Positions 10,624 through 21,056 of a stretch of 64,000 nt of DNA are shown one piece after another. The stretch is taken from assembly GCA_910584385.1 (NCBI GenBank), contig CAJUAK010000005.1, forward strand, positions 58,870 through 122,869. The letters run 5' to 3'. Position 1 is the first letter of the stretch, and each line of letters begins with the position of its first letter. A program made the translations under genes and the position numbers. A model generated the notes under the pieces. That model did no database searches. It saw nothing but the letters and a program-made list of their open reading frames with translations, and was not told where the DNA came from. The stretch comes from an uncultured Alphaproteobacteria bacterium (GTDB lineage Bacteria > Pseudomonadota > Alphaproteobacteria > RF32 > CAG-239).

Positions 10624-12039
10624 ATGAAGTTTAAGAGAAATAAGTTCACACCTGCTTCAAAATCCAAGAAAAGATCAAAGAAAAAAAATAAATATGTTTT
10701 AGGCCTCGGTCCTAAGATGGTTAATTCTATCAAGATTGCCCTTGATGAGAATGACAAAATCCATATCCGGAAAATTGCCGAGGGGCTGTCTGAATATGAC
10801 CTTGCCAAATTGCTTGAGGTTTTGGACAGCGGGCGGCGCCGCAAGCTGGTTGAAATCTTGGGCGAACATATCAATCCGGAGGTCTTTCCCGAATTAAATG
10901 AGGTTGTTCAGGAACAAATCATCGATTCAATGGATGATGCGCAGATTGCGCATATTGCCAATGAGCTGAATTCTGATGAAGTTGTTGAAATTCTGGAACA
11001 TATGGACAGCGTGGAGCAAGAGAACATCCTGAACCAGCTGTCTCCGGATTTGAAATATAAGGTATCATCTTCGCTGTCTTACCCCGAAGATTCCGCCGGG
11101 CGTATTATGTCCCGCGACTTTGTGAGCATGCCCGACTGGTGGAGCGTGAAAGAGGCCAAGGAATATCTCTTAAAAGAAAAAGAACTGCCGGATGATTTTT
11201 ATAATATCTTTTTGACAGATGAAAAATTTCATCCTTCCGGGGAAATCGCCCTGGATAAGCTGCTGCGTGCAAAACCCGGGCAGAAATTATGCGAAATTAT
11301 GGATTGCGAGGTTGTTCCTGTTGATGTTTATACGGACCAGGAAGAGGTTGCGCATATGTTTCGCGAATACGGCTGGCGTTCCGCGATGGTTGTCGATGCC
11401 AACAGCCGCCTTATCGGCGTGATTACGATTGACGACGTGGTTGAAGTTATCCATGAAGAGGCCGGCGAGGATATTATGTTGCTTTCCGGTGCCGAAGAAG
11501 GCGATGTTTATAAATCGGTGTTTGCTATTTTTAAATCGCGCGCGGTTTGGCTGGTTACCAATTTGTTTGCAACATTATTGGCGACGTCTGTGGTAGACGG
11601 CTTTCAGGAAATTATTGCCCAGCTTTCGGTTTTGGCTGTTTTGATGCCGATTGTGGCGTCTATGGGCGGCACAACGGGAAACCAGACACTGGCGGTTGTT
11701 GTCAGGGCTTTGGCGACGAAGGAACTAACCTCCCGCAACACGCTTGGCATGATTGGCAAGGAATTTTTGGTCGGCTTGTGCAACGGGCTTTTATTTGCCG
11801 CGCTTATCGGGGTTATTGTTTATTTTTGGTTTCCGCAGCAGATGATGATGAGCGTCATTATCGCGGTTGCCATGCTCTGTACGCTGACTATCGCAAGCCT
11901 TGCCGGAATCTTAATTCCCCTGACCTTGACGAAGTTTAAGGTTGACCCTGCGATTTCTTCCGGCGTTTTCCTTATTGCAATTACCGATTCCGGGGGCTTT
12001 TTCATCTTTTTGGGATTGGCGAGCCTTTTATTGATTTGA
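10624..12039 (+). CDS. mgtE: magnesium transporter MgtE
   Basis: MgtE N-domain, CBS pair region, then C-terminal TM domain (GNQTLAVVVRAL...). Start at ATG 10624 after AGGAGGG. The track ORF start 10567 lies inside the tRNA. Confidence 0.9.
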   Translation: MKFKRNKFTPASKSKKRSKKKNKYVLGLGPKMVNSIKIALDENDKIHIRKIAEGLSEYDLAKLLEVLDSGRRRKLVEILGEHINPEVFPELNEVVQEQIIDSMDDAQIAHIANELNSDEVVEILEHMDSVEQENILNQLSPDLKYKVSSSLSYPEDSAGRIMSRDFVSMPDWWSVKEAKEYLLKEKELPDDFYNIFLTDEKFHPSGEIALDKLLRAKPGQKLCEIMDCEVVPVDVYTDQEEVAHMFREYGWRSAMVVDANSRLIGVITIDDVVEVIHEEAGEDIMLLSGAEEGDVYKSVFAIFKSRAVWLVTNLFATLLATSVVDGFQEIIAQLSVLAVLMPIVASMGGTTGNQTLAVVVRALATKELTSRNTLGMIGKEFLVGLCNGLLFAALIGVIVYFWFPQQMMMSVIIAVAMLCTLTIASLAGILIPLTLTKFKVDPAISSGVFLIAITDSGGFFIFLGLASLLLI

Positions 12040-12122
12040 ATTTTATATGGAATATCTTAAATTATTGCTTTCTATCTTTTGAAATAAGCTTATAATTGCT
12101 TTAAATTTATAAGGAGAAAAAA

Positions 12123-12590
12123 ATGTTGCCCGGTTTATTAACAGCCTTGTTGGTTTTTGCCGCTGACCAGCTTTCCAAGATTTACGTCATGGATTTGATG
12201 AAAGACGGCGCAATTATCGTTTTAACGCCTTTTTTCAGCATTATCCAGGCTTGGAATACAGGCATCAGCTTTTCAATGTTTAAGGATGGCGGAATGGCCG
12301 GCACGGCAATTTTGTCTTTAATTGCCCTTGGCGTGGTTATTTTTCTGCTGCGCTGGATGTATGTTGAAAAATGCAAAATGGTGCAAATATCATTGGGTAT
12401 GATTATCGGCGGCGCTATTGGCAACCTTGCAGACAGAATCCGCTACGGCGCTGTTTATGATTTTTTGGATTTTCATATCGGAACGCACCACTGGCCGGCA
12501 TTTAACATTGCTGACAGCTTTATTTGCATCGGCGCTTTTTTAATTATTGTTTATGGTTTGTTTGTTGCAAAAAACAAGGAAGAAAAATAA
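12123..12590 (+). CDS. lspA: lipoprotein signal peptidase II
   Basis: LspA motifs FNIADSFICIGAFLII and GNLADRI. 155 aa. RBS AAGGAG. Confidence 0.9.
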   Translation: MLPGLLTALLVFAADQLSKIYVMDLMKDGAIIVLTPFFSIIQAWNTGISFSMFKDGGMAGTAILSLIALGVVIFLLRWMYVEKCKMVQISLGMIIGGAIGNLADRIRYGAVYDFLDFHIGTHHWPAFNIADSFICIGAFLIIVYGLFVAKNKEEK

Positions 12591-12600
12591 GGAGAATATT

Positions 12601-12861
12601 ATGAATAAGAGTGTGAAGTTTGCATTTGTATCTGTTTTAGCTTTGTTGGCTGCCGGTTGCAGCACTGCGACAAAAGAAAAAATCGGTTTGGCGAAAAAAG
12701 CCCCGAATGAATTTATGGTTGCGCCGCGTGCGCCTTTATCCGTTCCGCCGGAGTATAACCTGCGCCCTGTTGCTGAACCGCAAAACGGAGAATACGAGGC
12801 GGAAGTTTCTGGTTTGTCCGTGGCAGAAACGCGTTTGCTGAAACAGGTGGAGGCGCAGTAA
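12601..12861 (+). CDS. small lipoprotein (DUF3035-like)
   Basis: MNKSVKFAFVSVLALLAAGCS lipobox. 86 aa. RBS AAGGAG. Confidence 0.6.
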   Translation: MNKSVKFAFVSVLALLAAGCSTATKEKIGLAKKAPNEFMVAPRAPLSVPPEYNLRPVAEPQNGEYEAEVSGLSVAETRLLKQVEAQ

Positions 12862-12867
12862 CAGTTT

Positions 12868-14202
12868 ATGTTTCGGCGTTTATCCTTTTTGATTTGCCTC
12901 TTATTTATGTCGGGTGTTTCCATGGCGGATGCCCGGCTTTTCGCTATGGAAGAGTTTTATCTGGATAATGGCTTGCGGGTGATTGTCATTAATAATGCCA
13001 AGGCGCCGATTGTTAAGCAAATGCTTTGGTATAAGGCTGGCAGCATTGACGAACCGTTGGGGAAGGGCGGCACGGCCCATCTTTTGGAGCATCTTATGTT
13101 CCGGGGCACAGAAAAAATATCTGGCAGCGATTTTAACAAGATATTGGAAAAAAACGGTGCGGATGTTAATGCTTTTACGGCTCAGGATGTTACTTCCTAT
13201 CATGCTTTTATTGATGTCAGCCGGCTGGAATTGGCATTGCTTATGGAAGCAGACCGAATGAACGGGCTTCATTTAACGCCTGAAAATTTTGCTTTGGAAC
13301 GGGATATTGTTTATCAGGAAAGAATGCAGGTTGTTGAAAATAACCCTTCAGCCCCTTTTAAGGAAAACCTGCAGCGTGCTTTGTGGCAAAATCATCCTTA
13401 TGCCCGCCCGATTACCGGCGAAGCGGAAGAAATCCTTTCATTGACTCAAAAAGATGTTGAAGATTTTTACCGCCGGTTTTATTCGCCCGAGAACGCCGTT
13501 TTGGTTTTGTCCGGCGATGTAACGGCCGCAGAAGCCAAGCCTTTGGTGGAAAAATATTTTGCCGGCGCCGGGGCAAAAAAAGAAAAAGCGGAAACGCCTT
13601 TTCCTGAACTTCCAAAAGAAACAAAGGCTTATTTGCAAATGAAACTGCCGCATATCTCTTTGCCAAGCATTTCAAAGAATTATGCCGCGCCGTCTTGGGG
13701 CCGGGACAAAGAAAAGGTTTTTCTCTTGGCTGTTTTTTCAAGATATCTCGGCGAAACAGAAATTTCTTATCTGCATAAGAAATTAGTTGAAGAGAAAAAG
13801 CTGGCTTTGAGCGTTAACAGCAGCTACAACCCTTATGCCAGAAGCTATGGAAGCTTTAGCATCAACGCTATCCCGGCGCCGGGCGTTTCTCCGGAAGAAT
13901 TGAGCAAAGCACTTGACGAAGAAATAAACGAAGCTTTGAAAAAAATGAACATTGAAGCCTTGCAGCAAACGAAAAAAAGAATGCTTGCGGATTTGGTTTA
14001 TCTTAATGACAATCCTGCAGACGCTGCTTATATCGCCGGCATGATGGCTTCTCTTGGCTTGCCTTTGCAAGAGATAAGCGATTATGAAAATAATTTGCAA
14101 AAAACAAATCTTTCAGAGATTAAAGAGGCTGTCGGGGAGTTGTTGACGCAGGCGCCGTTTGCTGAAGGGATTTTATTGCCGGAGGAAGGCCATGGCGCAT
14201 AA
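12868..14202 (+). CDS. M16 family zinc peptidase (pitrilysin-like, active subunit)
   Basis: Inverted zinc motif HLLEHLMFRGT...E. 444 aa. Confidence 0.9.
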   Translation: MFRRLSFLICLLFMSGVSMADARLFAMEEFYLDNGLRVIVINNAKAPIVKQMLWYKAGSIDEPLGKGGTAHLLEHLMFRGTEKISGSDFNKILEKNGADVNAFTAQDVTSYHAFIDVSRLELALLMEADRMNGLHLTPENFALERDIVYQERMQVVENNPSAPFKENLQRALWQNHPYARPITGEAEEILSLTQKDVEDFYRRFYSPENAVLVLSGDVTAAEAKPLVEKYFAGAGAKKEKAETPFPELPKETKAYLQMKLPHISLPSISKNYAAPSWGRDKEKVFLLAVFSRYLGETEISYLHKKLVEEKKLALSVNSSYNPYARSYGSFSINAIPAPGVSPEELSKALDEEINEALKKMNIEALQQTKKRMLADLVYLNDNPADAAYIAGMMASLGLPLQEISDYENNLQKTNLSEIKEAVGELLTQAPFAEGILLPEEGHGA

Positions 14203-15601
14203 ACCAAGATGGAAAAATGGCGGAATACCTAAAGGATGGCTTTTGATTATCGCCTCGGTGATGATTGTTGCCGGTTATTTTTGGGATAAGCCGAAAGTTT
14301 CTTTTAATTATGGCTTTAATCCGAAAGAGGTCGTTGAAAATTCTCCGTTGAAAGGCAGAAACTTTAAAGCGGATGTTAAGGAAATTTCTTTGCCGGAAAG
14401 CGGGCTGAAAGCTTATTACCTGTATGAAGCCTCAAATCCTATTGTCAGTTTGAGCTTTTTGTTTTTGGGCGCAGGCAGCGCCGCGGATGATGAAAACATG
14501 TCCGGGGCTGCGAATTTTGCCGCCTCAATGCTCGGAGAAGGGACAGAAAGCATAAAAAGCCGCGAACTTAAAGAAAAAATGGCTGATTTGGGTATTCACA
14601 TCAATTTTTCGGCCGGGCAGGACGATATCAGCGGCACTTTAGTCGCCCCAAAAGCAAATTTTGAAAAAGCTGCGGAAATTTTGCGGGATATTTTAGCTGC
14701 GCCGCGTTTTGACAAAGAAGATGTTGAAAGAATCCGGAGCCAATTGTTGGCAGCGTTAAAAAAACAAAGCGAGAACCCTTCCGTTGTTTTGGCTTTGGCA
14801 AAGAGGGAAATGCTGTATCCCGGGCACCCTTATGCCAGGAACCCGTTGGGAACGGAAAAAACGCTGCAAAAAATGACAACGGATGAGTTAAATAACCTTA
14901 TAAAAAAACGCTTGGCCAAGAGCAACCTGATTATCGGCATTGCCGGGGATGTTTCGGAAACAGAGGCTGAAAATATTATCTCCGGCGTTTTTAACGGCCT
15001 TGCGCCCAAGGCGGAACTGCCGTTTGTCCGCGAGGCAAAGCCTGATTTTAACGGTGTGCGCCGGCACTTAAAACGCCCATTAAAACAGACGGTTGCGTCT
15101 TTTAGCGGCAAAGGCGCATCACGCCAGGATAAAGATTTTTATCCGTTGTATATTGCAAATTATATTTTTGGCGGCGCGGGGCTTAATTCCCGCCTGTCGC
15201 AAGCTGTGCGAGAAAAGGAAGGTTTGGTATACAGCATATATTCATACCTTTCTTTGGATGGAAAATCGCCAATGGTTAACATCGGCTTTTCTTCCACCGG
15301 AAAAAATTATTCTAAAGTTCTTGAGCTTTTAAGCCAGGAATCAGAAAAAATGCAAAAAGGCGTCAGCCCCGAAGAATTGGTAGATGCCAAAGATTATCTT
15401 ATAAGTTCTTATAATCTGCGATTTGCAGATATTGACGGCATTTCCCAGATGCTGGTTTATATGCAGAAAGATAATTTAGGGCTTGATTTTTTGCAAAAAC
15501 GCAATTCTTATGTGGCGGAAGTTAAGATTGATGATGTGAATGCTGCCGCTGTTAAATATTTTAATCTTAAAAGAATGTCCGGAATAGATATTGGAGAGTA
15601 G
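14192..15601 (+). CDS. M16 family peptidase (second, probably non-catalytic partner)
   Basis: M16 fold without an intact HxxEH motif. Start ATG 14192 overlaps the upstream stop by 11 nt. Confidence 0.8.
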   Translation: MAHKPRWKNGGIPKGWLLIIASVMIVAGYFWDKPKVSFNYGFNPKEVVENSPLKGRNFKADVKEISLPESGLKAYYLYEASNPIVSLSFLFLGAGSAADDENMSGAANFAASMLGEGTESIKSRELKEKMADLGIHINFSAGQDDISGTLVAPKANFEKAAEILRDILAAPRFDKEDVERIRSQLLAALKKQSENPSVVLALAKREMLYPGHPYARNPLGTEKTLQKMTTDELNNLIKKRLAKSNLIIGIAGDVSETEAENIISGVFNGLAPKAELPFVREAKPDFNGVRRHLKRPLKQTVASFSGKGASRQDKDFYPLYIANYIFGGAGLNSRLSQAVREKEGLVYSIYSYLSLDGKSPMVNIGFSSTGKNYSKVLELLSQESEKMQKGVSPEELVDAKDYLISSYNLRFADIDGISQMLVYMQKDNLGLDFLQKRNSYVAEVKIDDVNAAAVKYFNLKRMSGIDIGE

Positions 15602-15605
15602 GAAA

Positions 15606-17255
15606 ATGTTGCTTAAAAAAACGGTTGATAAATCAAGAATGTGGAAAAAGCTTGTTTCACACTGCAAAAGCATGAAGAAAGAAGAAATGCGCGATATGTT
15701 TGAAAAAGATGCCGCGCGTGCGGAAAAATACAGCATTAATTTTGAAAATTTGCATTTTGATTATTCGAAAAACAGAATTAACGACAAAACGCTAAAATAT
15801 TTGTTGAAGCTGGCCGAAGACGCCCATTTGCGTGATAAAATCGAGGATATGTTTACGGGGAAACGCATTAATATTACCGAAAACCGCCCGGTTTTGCATA
15901 CGGCTCTGCGTAACCGTGCCAATACGCCGGTTTATGTCGATGGCAAAAACGTTATGATTCAAATTAATGAAGTTTTGGCTAAAATGCGCCGTTTTTCGGA
16001 AGATGTCCGCCTTGGCAGACATAAAGGGGCGACGGGAAAGAAACTGACCAATATCGTTAATATCGGCATTGGCGGTTCGGATTTGGGACCGGTTATGGCG
16101 ACTGCCGCTTTGCGCAAATATTGGGCTAAGGGCATTAATTGCTATTTTATTTCCAACATTGACGGAACAGCCTGCGCGGAGGTTCTGAACCAGGTTGATC
16201 CGGAGACGACATTGTTTATTGTCGCTTCTAAAACGTTTACAACAATTGAAACGCTGACAAATGCAAGAACATGCCGCAAATGGCTGGTCGATGCTTTGGG
16301 CGAACCTGCGGTTGCCAAACATTTTGTGGCTTTGTCAACGAATGCCAAAGAAGTTGAAAAATTTGGCATTGATGTTAACAATATGTTTGAATTTTGGGAT
16401 TTTGTCGGCGGACGCTATTCCATGTGGTCAGCCATCGGGCTGTCTATTGCCCTGGCTGTCGGCATGGATAATTTTGAGCGCATGCTGGAAGGCGCTTTTG
16501 CAATGGACGAACATTTCCGCCATACGCCTTTTGACAAGAATATCCCGGTGATTATGGCTCTGCTCGGCATTTGGTATAATGATTTTATGGGCTTTAAAAC
16601 TCAGGCGGTTATCCCATATGACCAGTATTTGCGTTATGTTCCGGCTTATCTGCAGCAGTTGGATATGGAAAGCAACGGAAAATTTGTAAGCAATAACCAG
16701 GAGTTTATTAAATATTCAACTTCTCCGGTTTTGTTTGGTGGGGCAGGAACGGATGTCCAGCACTCTTTCTTCCAGATGATTCACCAGGGAACATCCATCG
16801 TTCCTTGCGATTTTATTATTCCTGCCATTTCTCATAATGAAATTGGCGACCATCATGCGATTTTGGCGGCGAATGTCTTGGCTCAGGGCGAAGCTTTAAT
16901 GCGCGGCAAAACCGTGAAGGAGGCTTATGAGGAATTGCGCAAGGCCGGCAAGACCAAAGAAGAAGCGAATTTCCTTAAAAAGTTTAAGTCTTTCCCCGGC
17001 AACCGTCCGTCCAACACCTTCTTGTTCAAAAAAATCGACCCCTATGCTTTGGGAATGTTGATTGCCGCTTATGAACACAAGATTTTTGTTCAGGGCGTTA
17101 TCTGGAATATTGATTCTTTTGACCAAATGGGCGTGGAACTTGGCAAACAGATGGCTTTGAGCATTTTGCCCGAGCTTTTGGGCAATGCGCATGGTTTGCA
17201 ACATGATTCTTCCACCGCGTCTTTAATCAAACTCATAAAAAAACTGCGGAAATAG
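15606..17255 (+). CDS. pgi: glucose-6-phosphate isomerase
   Basis: PGI signatures DYSKN, GIGGSDLGP, FIVASKTFTT, ELGKQ. Start at ATG 15606 after GGAGAG. Confidence 0.95.
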   Translation: MLLKKTVDKSRMWKKLVSHCKSMKKEEMRDMFEKDAARAEKYSINFENLHFDYSKNRINDKTLKYLLKLAEDAHLRDKIEDMFTGKRINITENRPVLHTALRNRANTPVYVDGKNVMIQINEVLAKMRRFSEDVRLGRHKGATGKKLTNIVNIGIGGSDLGPVMATAALRKYWAKGINCYFISNIDGTACAEVLNQVDPETTLFIVASKTFTTIETLTNARTCRKWLVDALGEPAVAKHFVALSTNAKEVEKFGIDVNNMFEFWDFVGGRYSMWSAIGLSIALAVGMDNFERMLEGAFAMDEHFRHTPFDKNIPVIMALLGIWYNDFMGFKTQAVIPYDQYLRYVPAYLQQLDMESNGKFVSNNQEFIKYSTSPVLFGGAGTDVQHSFFQMIHQGTSIVPCDFIIPAISHNEIGDHHAILAANVLAQGEALMRGKTVKEAYEELRKAGKTKEEANFLKKFKSFPGNRPSNTFLFKKIDPYALGMLIAAYEHKIFVQGVIWNIDSFDQMGVELGKQMALSILPELLGNAHGLQHDSSTASLIKLIKKLRK

Positions 17256-17258
17256 CCA

Positions 17259-19094
17259 ATGACAATCAGAGTTCTTCCTAATAACCTCATTAACCAGATT
17301 GCCGCGGGAGAAGTGGTGGAACGCCCGTCTTCCGTTGTGAAAGAATTGGTGGAAAACGCTATTGATGCCGGAGCAACTTCTATTGAGGTTACTTTGGTTG
17401 ATGGCGGAAAAAGCCTGATTATCGTAACCGATAACGGCAAGGGGATGAATGCGGAAGAACTGGCCTTGGCCGTCGAAAGGCATGCAACGTCAAAGCTTCC
17501 TGATGATAACCTGTTTAACATTAATTTTTTAGGCTTTCGCGGGGAGGCTCTGCCATCAATTGCTTCTGTCGCCCGAATGGAAATAACCAGCCGTGCGCAA
17601 GGCAGCGATGGCGCTTATTCCATTAAAGTGGAAGGTGGAAAGAAGTCTGAGGTTATGCCGGCGGCTTATTCCAAAGGGACGCGTATTGAAGTGCGCGATT
17701 TGTTTTACGCCACGCCGGCAAGGCTGAAATTTTTAAAAACTTCGGCGGCTGAAACTTTGCAAGCCGTTGACATTGTCAACCGGATTGCCATGGCAAACCC
17801 GCATATCTCTTTTGTGTTTAAGGATGACAACAAAGTTAAGATAAACCTGCAAGCCGAGCAGGGCGAACTTTTTGATGCGCGGCTTAAAAGGCTCAGCGAA
17901 GTTATGGGGCGGGATTTTGGGCAGAATTCGGTTTTGATTAATGCGCAGCGCGATAACCTTTCCATCAGCGGTTATGTCAGCCTGCCGACTTTGAATAAGG
18001 CCAACTCTCTCTCGCAATATTTATTTGTGAATAACCGCCCGGTAAGAGACAAGTTGCTTCTTGGCGCCGTAAAGGCGGCTTACCAGGATGTTTTGGCTGC
18101 CGGACGCTATCCTTATTTGGCTTTGTTTTTTGACATTGCTCCGGCAGATGTGGATGTTAATGTGCATCCGGCTAAGGCAGAGGTTCGGTTTTATGACAAT
18201 AACCTTGTTCGCGGCTTGTTAATCACAGCTGTTCGCAATGCGTTAAACCAATCTGCGAACAAAACAGCGCAGACGCTTGATTTGTCTGAATTAATATCCG
18301 AAAATATCCCAAGCTTCGATGAAAAGAAAAATGTTTGGGATAAAATTCCTGCCGAAACATTTTCTTTGCAGGAACATACCCCTTACAGGCCTTCCGTGGA
18401 AGAAAAAACTTTTTCAGCCCCAAAATCTGGTTATGGCTTTAATAATGTTTTGCCGGAATTAGAACGCAAATTTTCTGTTAAAACGGAAAATGTAGAAAAT
18501 ATGGATTACGGCGATATCGGGCCCTTAGGCGTCGCCAAGGCGCAATTTCATGATACCTATATTATTTCTCAAAATGAAGACAGCATTATCATTGTCGACC
18601 AGCATGCCGCGCATGAACGGATTGTTATGGAAAGGCTTAAAGAAGCCCTTGCCAAAGGCGGTGCGCAGACACAAATGCTGCTTATTCCGGAGATTGTTGA
18701 CCTTAATCCGGCTGATAAAATGCGCCTTATCGAGGCAGGAGAGGAGCTGAAAAAGCTTGGCCTGGTTGTTGAAGAATTTGGAACGACGGCGGTTATTGTC
18801 CGCGAAATTCCGGCCTTGTTGAAAAATTGCGATGTCCAAAAGCTGGTTACGGATTTGGCGGAAGAAATGTCTGAATGGGGCAAAGGGTTTGAGCTGGCTG
18901 AAAAACTGCATCTCATTTGTGCGACAATTGCCTGTCATGGTTCTGTGCGGGCAGGGCGCCGCTTAAATGTCGAAGAGATGAACCGTTTGCTGCGCGATAT
19001 GGAACGGACGCCGAATACGGGGCAGTGCAACCATGGGCGCCCGACATATGTTGAATTGAAAATTAAGGATATAGCAAAACTTTTTGACCGTTAA
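17259..19094 (+). CDS. mutL: DNA mismatch repair protein MutL
   Basis: GHKL ATPase N-terminus (AAGEVVERPSSVVKELVENAIDAGAT, DNGKGM) and the C-terminal dimerisation domain. Confidence 0.95.
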   Translation: MTIRVLPNNLINQIAAGEVVERPSSVVKELVENAIDAGATSIEVTLVDGGKSLIIVTDNGKGMNAEELALAVERHATSKLPDDNLFNINFLGFRGEALPSIASVARMEITSRAQGSDGAYSIKVEGGKKSEVMPAAYSKGTRIEVRDLFYATPARLKFLKTSAAETLQAVDIVNRIAMANPHISFVFKDDNKVKINLQAEQGELFDARLKRLSEVMGRDFGQNSVLINAQRDNLSISGYVSLPTLNKANSLSQYLFVNNRPVRDKLLLGAVKAAYQDVLAAGRYPYLALFFDIAPADVDVNVHPAKAEVRFYDNNLVRGLLITAVRNALNQSANKTAQTLDLSELISENIPSFDEKKNVWDKIPAETFSLQEHTPYRPSVEEKTFSAPKSGYGFNNVLPELERKFSVKTENVENMDYGDIGPLGVAKAQFHDTYIISQNEDSIIIVDQHAAHERIVMERLKEALAKGGAQTQMLLIPEIVDLNPADKMRLIEAGEELKKLGLVVEEFGTTAVIVREIPALLKNCDVQKLVTDLAEEMSEWGKGFELAEKLHLICATIACHGSVRAGRRLNVEEMNRLLRDMERTPNTGQCNHGRPTYVELKIKDIAKLFDR

Positions 19095-19122
19095 GTTAGT
19101 TTTGCCCAAAGGAGATGGTAAA

Positions 19123-19893
19123 ATGAGCGTTATTTTAGAGGGAACATTAGCGGCTGTTTTTACAAGTTTTTTTGCTGCAATCGGCGGCTTTTTGGTCTTT
19201 TTGAAAAAGAACTACAATACAGAAAATATTAATTTCCTCTTAAATGTTGCTGCCGGCGTTATGCTGTCTTCTTCTGTTTTCACATTATTAGCTCCGGCGG
19301 CGGCTTCGCTTTCTGTTGGAGACGAAAGCCGCTATATGGGCGCTTTTTCAATTTCTTTGGCGGTTATCGGCGGAATGCTTCTGGTGTGGCTGATGCATTT
19401 TATTGTTCCTCACGAACATGAGCCATCAGCAGATTTGTTAGGCGGCATAGATTCAAAATCTGCCTGGCTGTTTGTTTTTGCCATTGCCATCCATAAGTTT
19501 CCGGAGGGATTGGCCGTGGGTGTTGCCTATGCCGGAGAAAAATTGAATAACCCGAATTCTTTGGTTATTGGCATTGCATTGCAAAATATTCCGGAAGGGC
19601 TGATGGTGGCTTTGTCTCTTGTGGCGGTTGGCTGGAAGCGTTTTTCTGCTGCCGGCATTGCGGCTTTGACCGGATTGATGCAGCCCGTGGGGGCAATGGT
19701 TGGCGCTTTTAGTGCTGAAATTTCAGCAACTTTTGTGCCTTTTGCAATGGCAATGGCCGGCGGATGCATGCTCTTTGTCATAATTAATGAAATTATTCCG
19801 CAGACATACGGTTGTGGTGAAAACGGCAAGCAAACTCTGGCAATTATGCTTGGCTTTGTTTTGATGATGTATATTAATATGGCTTTAGGGTAA
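19123..19893 (+). CDS. ZIP family metal (Zn/Fe) transporter
   Basis: HKFPEGLAVGVAYAG and LQNIPEGLMVALSL motifs. RBS GGAGATGG. Confidence 0.8.
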   Translation: MSVILEGTLAAVFTSFFAAIGGFLVFLKKNYNTENINFLLNVAAGVMLSSSVFTLLAPAAASLSVGDESRYMGAFSISLAVIGGMLLVWLMHFIVPHEHEPSADLLGGIDSKSAWLFVFAIAIHKFPEGLAVGVAYAGEKLNNPNSLVIGIALQNIPEGLMVALSLVAVGWKRFSAAGIAALTGLMQPVGAMVGAFSAEISATFVPFAMAMAGGCMLFVIINEIIPQTYGCGENGKQTLAIMLGFVLMMYINMALG

Positions 19894-19897
19894 GCGG

Positions 19898-20782
19898 ATG
19901 TGGGGTTTTTATGCTGTTGCCAGCAGCTTTTTTGTTGCGACCTATTATATCCTGAACCAGAACGCTAAGCTGAAACCATTGGTGTTTATGATTTACAGAG
20001 GTTTTGTGCCGGCTGTGCTTCTATTCTTTTTGCTGCCGTTTGCCAAGGCAATTCCGTCCGGAACCTTTTATGGCATTTGTATTTTGCAAGGATTAATTAT
20101 CGCCTATATCGACTATGTATATTTCAAGGCTTTTCGGATGTGGGGCGCAGAGGTCGTCTCTTCTATTCAACCCTTTAATATCGGCATGATTTTTTTCCTT
20201 TGGTTTGTTATCCGTCCGGAAAGCATTCTTGTATATTTGTCCGATTTGCCGCGTTTGTTTTGTATTTTAGCTTGTTTGTGCGGCGTTGCCGTTGCGGTTA
20301 TGCTTTACAACAGGGCTGAATTCAGCCGCAAGGCTTTGCATTTTCTATTGCCGTGCCTGATTGTATCATCTTTGTGCGATATACTTAATAAATATGCGAT
20401 GAGCCTTGTTCCGCAAAGTCATTTGCTTTACGGAAGCTATTTTTATATCATGATTACCGGTGCGGTTTCAGGGTGTGCCGCTCTTATTGTTTATTTGCTA
20501 AAAGGCGGCAGGGGTAAAGAAGTGTTTGAAGCCCGAAATCTGCGTTACAGCTGGATAATATTGCCGCTTATCGGATCGATGCTTTTTAAAAATTTTGCAA
20601 TGTTTAGCGCTTTTAATCCATCTTATGTCGGTGCGGTAAGTTATGTTTATATTATCTGGATTATGCTTTATAACACATCCTTAAGCCGGTTTGGCAAAAA
20701 AGCCGGATATTTGCGGATAAACCGCCGGGCGGCAATGCTTTTGGCACTTTCTGCCACCGGGCTGATCTTGTTTGCCCGCTGA
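19898..20782 (+). CDS. polytopic membrane protein (about 10 TM, DMT/EamA-like)
   Basis: Hydrophobicity pattern only; no catalytic motifs. Confidence 0.5.
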   Translation: MWGFYAVASSFFVATYYILNQNAKLKPLVFMIYRGFVPAVLLFFLLPFAKAIPSGTFYGICILQGLIIAYIDYVYFKAFRMWGAEVVSSIQPFNIGMIFFLWFVIRPESILVYLSDLPRLFCILACLCGVAVAVMLYNRAEFSRKALHFLLPCLIVSSLCDILNKYAMSLVPQSHLLYGSYFYIMITGAVSGCAALIVYLLKGGRGKEVFEARNLRYSWIILPLIGSMLFKNFAMFSAFNPSYVGAVSYVYIIWIMLYNTSLSRFGKKAGYLRINRRAAMLLALSATGLILFAR

Positions 20783-20791
20783 ATAACAAAA

Positions 20792-20820
20792 CAGCCCAGA
20801 TAAAATATCCGGGCTGTTTT
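20792..20820 (+). terminator. rho-independent terminator
   Basis: cagccc...gggctg hairpin followed by TTTT, directly after the 20782 stop. Confidence 0.5.
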
Positions 20821-20823
20821 AGG

Positions 20824-20911
20824 TGGCGGAGAGTACAGGACTCGAACCTGTGCATCGGTATTCCCGATGACGGATTAGCAATCCGCTGCATTACCACTCT
20901 GCCAACTCTCC
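20824..20911 (-). tRNA. tRNA-Ser (anticodon GCU)
   Basis: Reverse complement folds as GGAGAGT...ACTCTCC-G-CCA. Anticodon loop ttGCTaa, long variable arm, T-loop TTCGAGT. Confidence 0.85.
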
Positions 20912-21022
20912 ATCGTGGTACGGATGTAATATTTATAGTATCTTTCAACCAACGTCAATAGGTTTTTTAATAATTTTTACAATTTATTTATTAACAATTT
21001 TCCAAAAAAAATACCTAAGATG

Positions 21023-21050
21023 TTTACATTTTGTTATCATTGGTTAATAT
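21023..21050 (+). promoter_or_regulatory. candidate promoter giving a leaderless transcript
   Basis: TTTACA, 16 nt spacer, TAATAT; ends 6 nt before ATG 21057 and there is no SD. Confidence 0.3.
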
Positions 21051-21056
21051 ACTTAT

